Translations under genes and position numbers: made by a program | Virus record (IMG/VR): IMGVR_UViG_2690316131_000020 | DNA: 8,206 nt | Strand: one strand, 5' to 3' | Source of the DNA: a virus | Taxonomy: Duplodnaviria; Heunggongvirae; Uroviricota; Caudoviricetes | Part shown: positions 5,712-8,206 of the stretch, in pieces | Numbering within the stretch: the stretch's first letter is position 1 | Layout of the letters: the number at the start of each line of letters is the position of its first letter | Notes under the pieces: generated by a model | The model's database searches: none | What the model was told of the DNA's origin: nothing | What the model saw: the letters and a program-made list of their open reading frames with translations, nothing else

Positions 5712-5882
5712 TCAACACCATTAGAAAAACGTTCGCCTCCATACCAAATGCGATTACCGGAAGACTTCAGAGCGCAGCTAGAAGAAGCAGCTAAGGCCGA
5801 TGGCGACACATCTTTAGCCACTTGGATTAAACGCGTTCTCCGCAAAGAATTACAGCAACGCGGCATAGAACCCAAAGGATAA
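5709..5882 (+). CDS. Arc/MetJ-type ribbon-helix-helix DNA-binding protein (57 aa), candidate repressor
   Basis: Below the ORF-track cutoff; found by manual translation: MSTPLEKRSPPYQMRLPEDFRAQLEEAAKADGDTSLATWIKRVLRKELQQRGIEPKG. The RLPE-D/E-L...EAA...G-x-T/S...I...L pattern is typical of Arc-like RHH domains. An in-frame stop lies just upstream at 5694, and the palindromic operators overlap its promoter and start. Confidence 0.7.
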   Translation: MSTPLEKRSPPYQMRLPEDFRAQLEEAAKADGDTSLATWIKRVLRKELQQRGIEPKG

Positions 5883-5924
5883 AAACTATCAGCGCCGTGG
5901 TGTGAGGTATTACGGCGCATTGCT

Positions 5925-6113
5925 ATGCAGGACAACACAATGACCGATAAAGAATTGACCAAAACATTATCACCGGCACGGAAAAGACGGCGCAGAAAGA
6001 TAGAGCATGAATCAGAAAGATTCGCGCCATGTGCTTTTGCCCTTGAGCAATTCCTTAAAGAGTACAGGGAAAAGCGCTCATTGCAGGTATGGCAACGAAC
6101 TGAACCAGACTGA
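5925..6113 (+). CDS. Hypothetical small basic protein (62 aa); weak call
   Basis: ATG ORF downstream of the Arc-like gene and upstream of the terminator at 6209-6235, but with no convincing SD. The antisense frame is part of the rejected 409-codon ORF. Confidence 0.25.
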   Translation: MQDNTMTDKELTKTLSPARKRRRRKIEHESERFAPCAFALEQFLKEYREKRSLQVWQRTEPD

Positions 6114-6208
6114 TTGCATTGCCCACCAGCCTGATAGCGGCTATCATCCCCGTGCTTATGTTTGGGATCACATACACATAAGGCGCAGCGGGTTAATTGT
6201 TCAGAAAG

Positions 6209-6235
6209 GCGGCTCCATATCGGGGCCGCTTTTTT
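6209..6235. terminator. Intrinsic terminator, probably bidirectional, between the convergent plus-strand RHH operon and minus-strand alpA
   Basis: Stem GCGGCUCC / GGGGCCGC (8 bp with one G-U pair), loop AUAUC, then T6 on the plus strand. On the minus strand the same hairpin is followed by CUUUCU. It lies about 30 nt downstream of the alpA stop. Confidence 0.6.
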
Positions 6236-6261
6236 CGTGTTTGTCATATCTGTGATACCCG

Positions 6262-6468
6262 TTAAGCAGCCGTTCCGCGTGCTTCCTCTTCGCGTTCTTT
6301 CTGCCAGGACAACACATCATCCTCATACCATCCGCGACGGCGTAAACCAACGCGAAAACCCTGCGGAAATTCTCCGGCGTTGATCATGCTTTGCAGCGTG
6401 CTGTCTGCCTTGATGTGGATAATTTTTTTTACTTCCTGGCGAAAGATAATTTTTCTGATTGCTTCCAT
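6262..6468 (-). CDS. alpA: AlpA-family phage transcriptional regulator / excisionase-like HTH protein (68 aa)
   Basis: Motif ...FRQEVKKIIHIKADSTLQSMINAGEFPQGFRVGLRRRGWYEDDVLSWQ matches the AlpA family signature (G-K/E-FP...R..GW.E.D...W). ATG at 6466-6468 with AAGGT SD. Positioned two genes from a P4-type integrase. Confidence 0.85.
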   Translation of the reverse strand: MEAIRKIIFRQEVKKIIHIKADSTLQSMINAGEFPQGFRVGLRRRGWYEDDVLSWQKEREEEARGTAA

Positions 6469-6554
6469 CGTGATTTACCTTGTGAATCCGGTGTATTCCG
6501 GTGACAAATACGGTAAATCATCGGATATGGGTAAAAACAGTTCCCACCGTTTTT

Positions 6555-6572
6555 AAACGGTATACACCGTTT
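6555..6572. promoter_or_regulatory. Perfect inverted repeat AAACGGT-ATAC-ACCGTTT upstream of alpA, within direct repeats CACCGTTTTT (6545-6554 and 6565-6574)
   Basis: 7 bp arms with a 4 bp spacer, about 90 bp upstream of the alpA start codon and flanked by T-runs. Could be an operator or a weak plus-strand hairpin. Confidence 0.3.
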
Positions 6573-6601
6573 TTTATATTGATGATTTGAAATGGAATTA
6601 T

Positions 6602-6624
6602 AAAAAAAGCGGCATTTCTGCCGC
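6602..6624 (-). terminator. Intrinsic terminator (minus strand) after the 83 aa ORF
   Basis: On the minus strand: stem GCGGCA / UGCCGC with loop GAAA, followed by U7. It lies about 12 nt downstream of the ORF stop at 6636. Confidence 0.55.
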
Positions 6625-6635
6625 TTCCAGGATTG

Positions 6636-6887
6636 TTACCGCCATTTTTTGGGCCTGCCTCCGATCTTCATAGATGCCGGACGTACGACCTTATCAATAC
6701 TTACCGCCAGATTTCTGGAAGCGCCACGGGATACCAGAAAATCTACTACCTGTTTTTTTGATGGGGCCGTCGTTCTGTCCTCCGGATCGTAGGTTGACCA
6801 AAATTCATGCTGAACCATCAGGGCCAGTTGCAGCCCGTCGCAATTGCATCTGATATTTTTTTGCATCTTAACGGTTTCATGTTTCAC
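6636..6887 (-). CDS. Hypothetical protein between integrase and alpA (up to 83 aa; start uncertain: GTG 6887, ATG 6866 or ATG 6818)
   Basis: ORF with a basic C-terminus (GGRPKKWR), followed by an intrinsic terminator. No candidate start has a strong SD. Confidence 0.4.
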   Translation of the reverse strand: MKHETVKMQKNIRCNCDGLQLALMVQHEFWSTYDPEDRTTAPSKKQVVDFLVSRGASRNLAVSIDKVVRPASMKIGGRPKKWR

Positions 6888-6911
6888 GGCCTTGTCGTTA
6901 AATTTGATGCA

Positions 6912-6963
6912 ATTATACGACGGTTTTACATGGTTTTCGTAGTTTTTACTGGTTTTCTGTACA
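6912..6963 (-). promoter_or_regulatory. Candidate promoter: perfect TATAAT (minus strand, plus coordinates 6912-6917) preceded by phased A/T tracts with about 10 bp period (6921-6960)
   Basis: Plus strand shows GGTTTTACAT GGTTTTCGTA GTTTTTACTG GTTTTCTGTA, four T-tracts in helical phase (curved-DNA or UP-element-like), directly upstream of a consensus -10. Lies in the 77 bp gap between the integrase stop and the next ORF. No good -35. Confidence 0.35.
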
Positions 6964-6964
6964 G

Positions 6965-8206
6965 CTACACGGCTCGGATACCCCTTTTACCACTGGCGAG
7001 GGTTACGCCCGTCGCCGCAGCCTCGACAAATTCGCCCCACCAGCGCATCAGCACGATGCGTTTTTCTATGTAGTTGCTCCGGTTGTATGCCCGTCTAACT
7101 TCGTTGGTGTCGACGTGGGCAAGTGCCGCCTCTATTACGTCCGGCTCGAATCCTTCCTCGTTCGCTGCTGTGCTGAATATGGCGCGTAATCCATGAGACA
7201 CCAGCACGCCAGCGAATCCCATACGCCGCAATGCTGCGTTAGCTGTCTGGCTGTTCATCGGCTGCTGTGGGTCTTTCAGACTTGGGAAAACGTAATTGCG
7301 GTGGTGGCTGATTGGTTTCATGGCCTCCAGCACCGCCATAGCCTGACCGGAAAGCGGGATAACGTGATCCCTGCGCATCTTCATGCGTCCGGCAGGTATC
7401 GTCCATTGCTTCGCGTCCAGGTTGATTTCATCCCACCGCGTTGATGACGCTTCGGCGGGACGGGTTACGGTCAGTAACTGCCATTCAATCAGTAATCTGG
7501 TCTGCCGTTCTGTTGCCGATACTGATAAAGCCTGCATAAGCTCGGGCAGCTGTTCGGGGCGGATTGTTGGCATATGTTTTTTTACAGGTGAGGGAAACGC
7601 CTTACGCACATTCATAGCCGGATTGGCATCAATCAGCCCACTGTTGGCGGCGTAATCCATTACCTCATTAACGCGCTGTAAAACCCGCTTGAGTGTTTCC
7701 AGGTTGCCGCGCTCCTTGATGGGGGTAAGCACTTCAACGAACCTTCGGGCGGTGAGGGTATCTATTGGCGTGTTGCCGATGAACGGGAATACATATTTAT
7801 CCAGCGAACGCCAGATGTCTTTAATCGTGTTGGGGGCCAGATTCTGGCTGATTTTCACCTGGTACCATGCCGCCGCCACATTTTCGAACGTGTTCCCTTG
7901 TCTTCGGGCCTCTGTCTCTCTTTTTTGCCTCTCGTGGTCCTGCGGGTCAGTTCCGGCACTGATTAACGTCCTGTACTCGCTACGGCGTTTTCTGGCATCA
8001 GCCAGGGAAACATCTTCAAGCGATCCAAAACTCAGCAATATTCTTTTTTTGTCCGATGGTCGGTAGTAGGAAAATCTCCAGAGTTTTGATCCAGACGGTT
8101 TGACCAGGAGAAAAAGCCCTCCGCCGTCCTGCAGGGTGTACTCCTTTTGCGCTGGTCTGGCTGCTTTGATCTGCACTGTGGTTAATGGGTGTGTTTTTCT
8201 CGCCAT
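6965..8206 (-). CDS. int: Tyrosine recombinase / integrase, P4-like family (413 aa)
   Basis: N-terminal arm-binding-type region (TLQDGGGLFLLVKPSGSKLWRFSYY). C-terminal catalytic motifs HGLRA and LAHVDTNEVRRAYNRSNY (H-x-x-R and catalytic Tyr). ATG at 8204-8206 is the last triplet of the window, so its upstream signals are not visible and a longer N-terminus cannot be excluded. Confidence 0.9.
   Translation of the reverse strand: MARKTHPLTTVQIKAARPAQKEYTLQDGGGLFLLVKPSGSKLWRFSYYRPSDKKRILLSFGSLEDVSLADARKRRSEYRTLISAGTDPQDHERQKRETEARRQGNTFENVAAAWYQVKISQNLAPNTIKDIWRSLDKYVFPFIGNTPIDTLTARRFVEVLTPIKERGNLETLKRVLQRVNEVMDYAANSGLIDANPAMNVRKAFPSPVKKHMPTIRPEQLPELMQALSVSATERQTRLLIEWQLLTVTRPAEASSTRWDEINLDAKQWTIPAGRMKMRRDHVIPLSGQAMAVLEAMKPISHHRNYVFPSLKDPQQPMNSQTANAALRRMGFAGVLVSHGLRAIFSTAANEEGFEPDVIEAALAHVDTNEVRRAYNRSNYIEKRIVLMRWWGEFVEAAATGVTLASGKRGIRAV

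Larger units (their letters stand above)
1..8206. mobile_element. Internal part of an integrated phage satellite-like island (PICI / P4-integrase family); both boundaries and att sites lie outside the window
   Basis: Co-linear gene set on the minus strand: P4-type integrase, AlpA regulator, replication initiator plus iteron origin, TerS homologue, capsid-like gene. The integrase start sits at the window edge, so the att site and any tRNA target would be beyond 8206. Confidence 0.6.

Noticed and set aside
5889-5921. Inverted repeat GCGCCGT...ACGGCGC after the RHH gene as a terminator
   Set aside because: No U-run follows, and the 13 nt loop is large. More likely an incidental or regulatory hairpin than a terminator.
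5018-6247. 409 aa minus-strand ORF as a single gene
   Set aside because: Its 5' third is antisense to the well-supported RHH gene and the plus-strand region to 6208, it crosses a strong terminator hairpin, and it is Cys/Ser/Arg-rich. Only the 3' portions (copies A and B) show coding-like features.
6007-6255. Plus-strand 82 aa ORF
   Set aside because: It runs through the terminator hairpin at 6209-6235 and has no start signals.
7193-8066. Plus-strand ORFs inside the integrase gene (7193-7444, 7383-7655, 7689-8066) and 6807-7073
   Set aside because: Antisense shadow ORFs of the integrase.

Overview
The window looks like the core of an integrated phage-satellite-like island (PICI / P4-integrase family style) in an enterobacterial-type genome, with nearly all genes on the minus strand. 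From right to left: a P4-type tyrosine integrase at the window edge, a small ORF, an AlpA-family regulator, an Arc-like ribbon-helix-helix gene on the plus strand with palindromic operators, a leader holding two paralogous small ORFs, a chain of small overlapping ORFs, a RepA/RecA-fold replication initiator followed by a CCCCAC(TTTT) iteron origin, then a terminase small-subunit homologue and a putative HK97-like capsid protein. I found no tRNA, rRNA or CRISPR array. All protein family assignments are from motif recognition by eye, not from database searches. The most unusual signals are the iteron origin, the tandem paralogous leader ORFs inside a 1.2 kb stop-free frame that contains a terminator, an A9 tract joining two reading frames, and GTAAC repeats inside and upstream of the terS-like gene.
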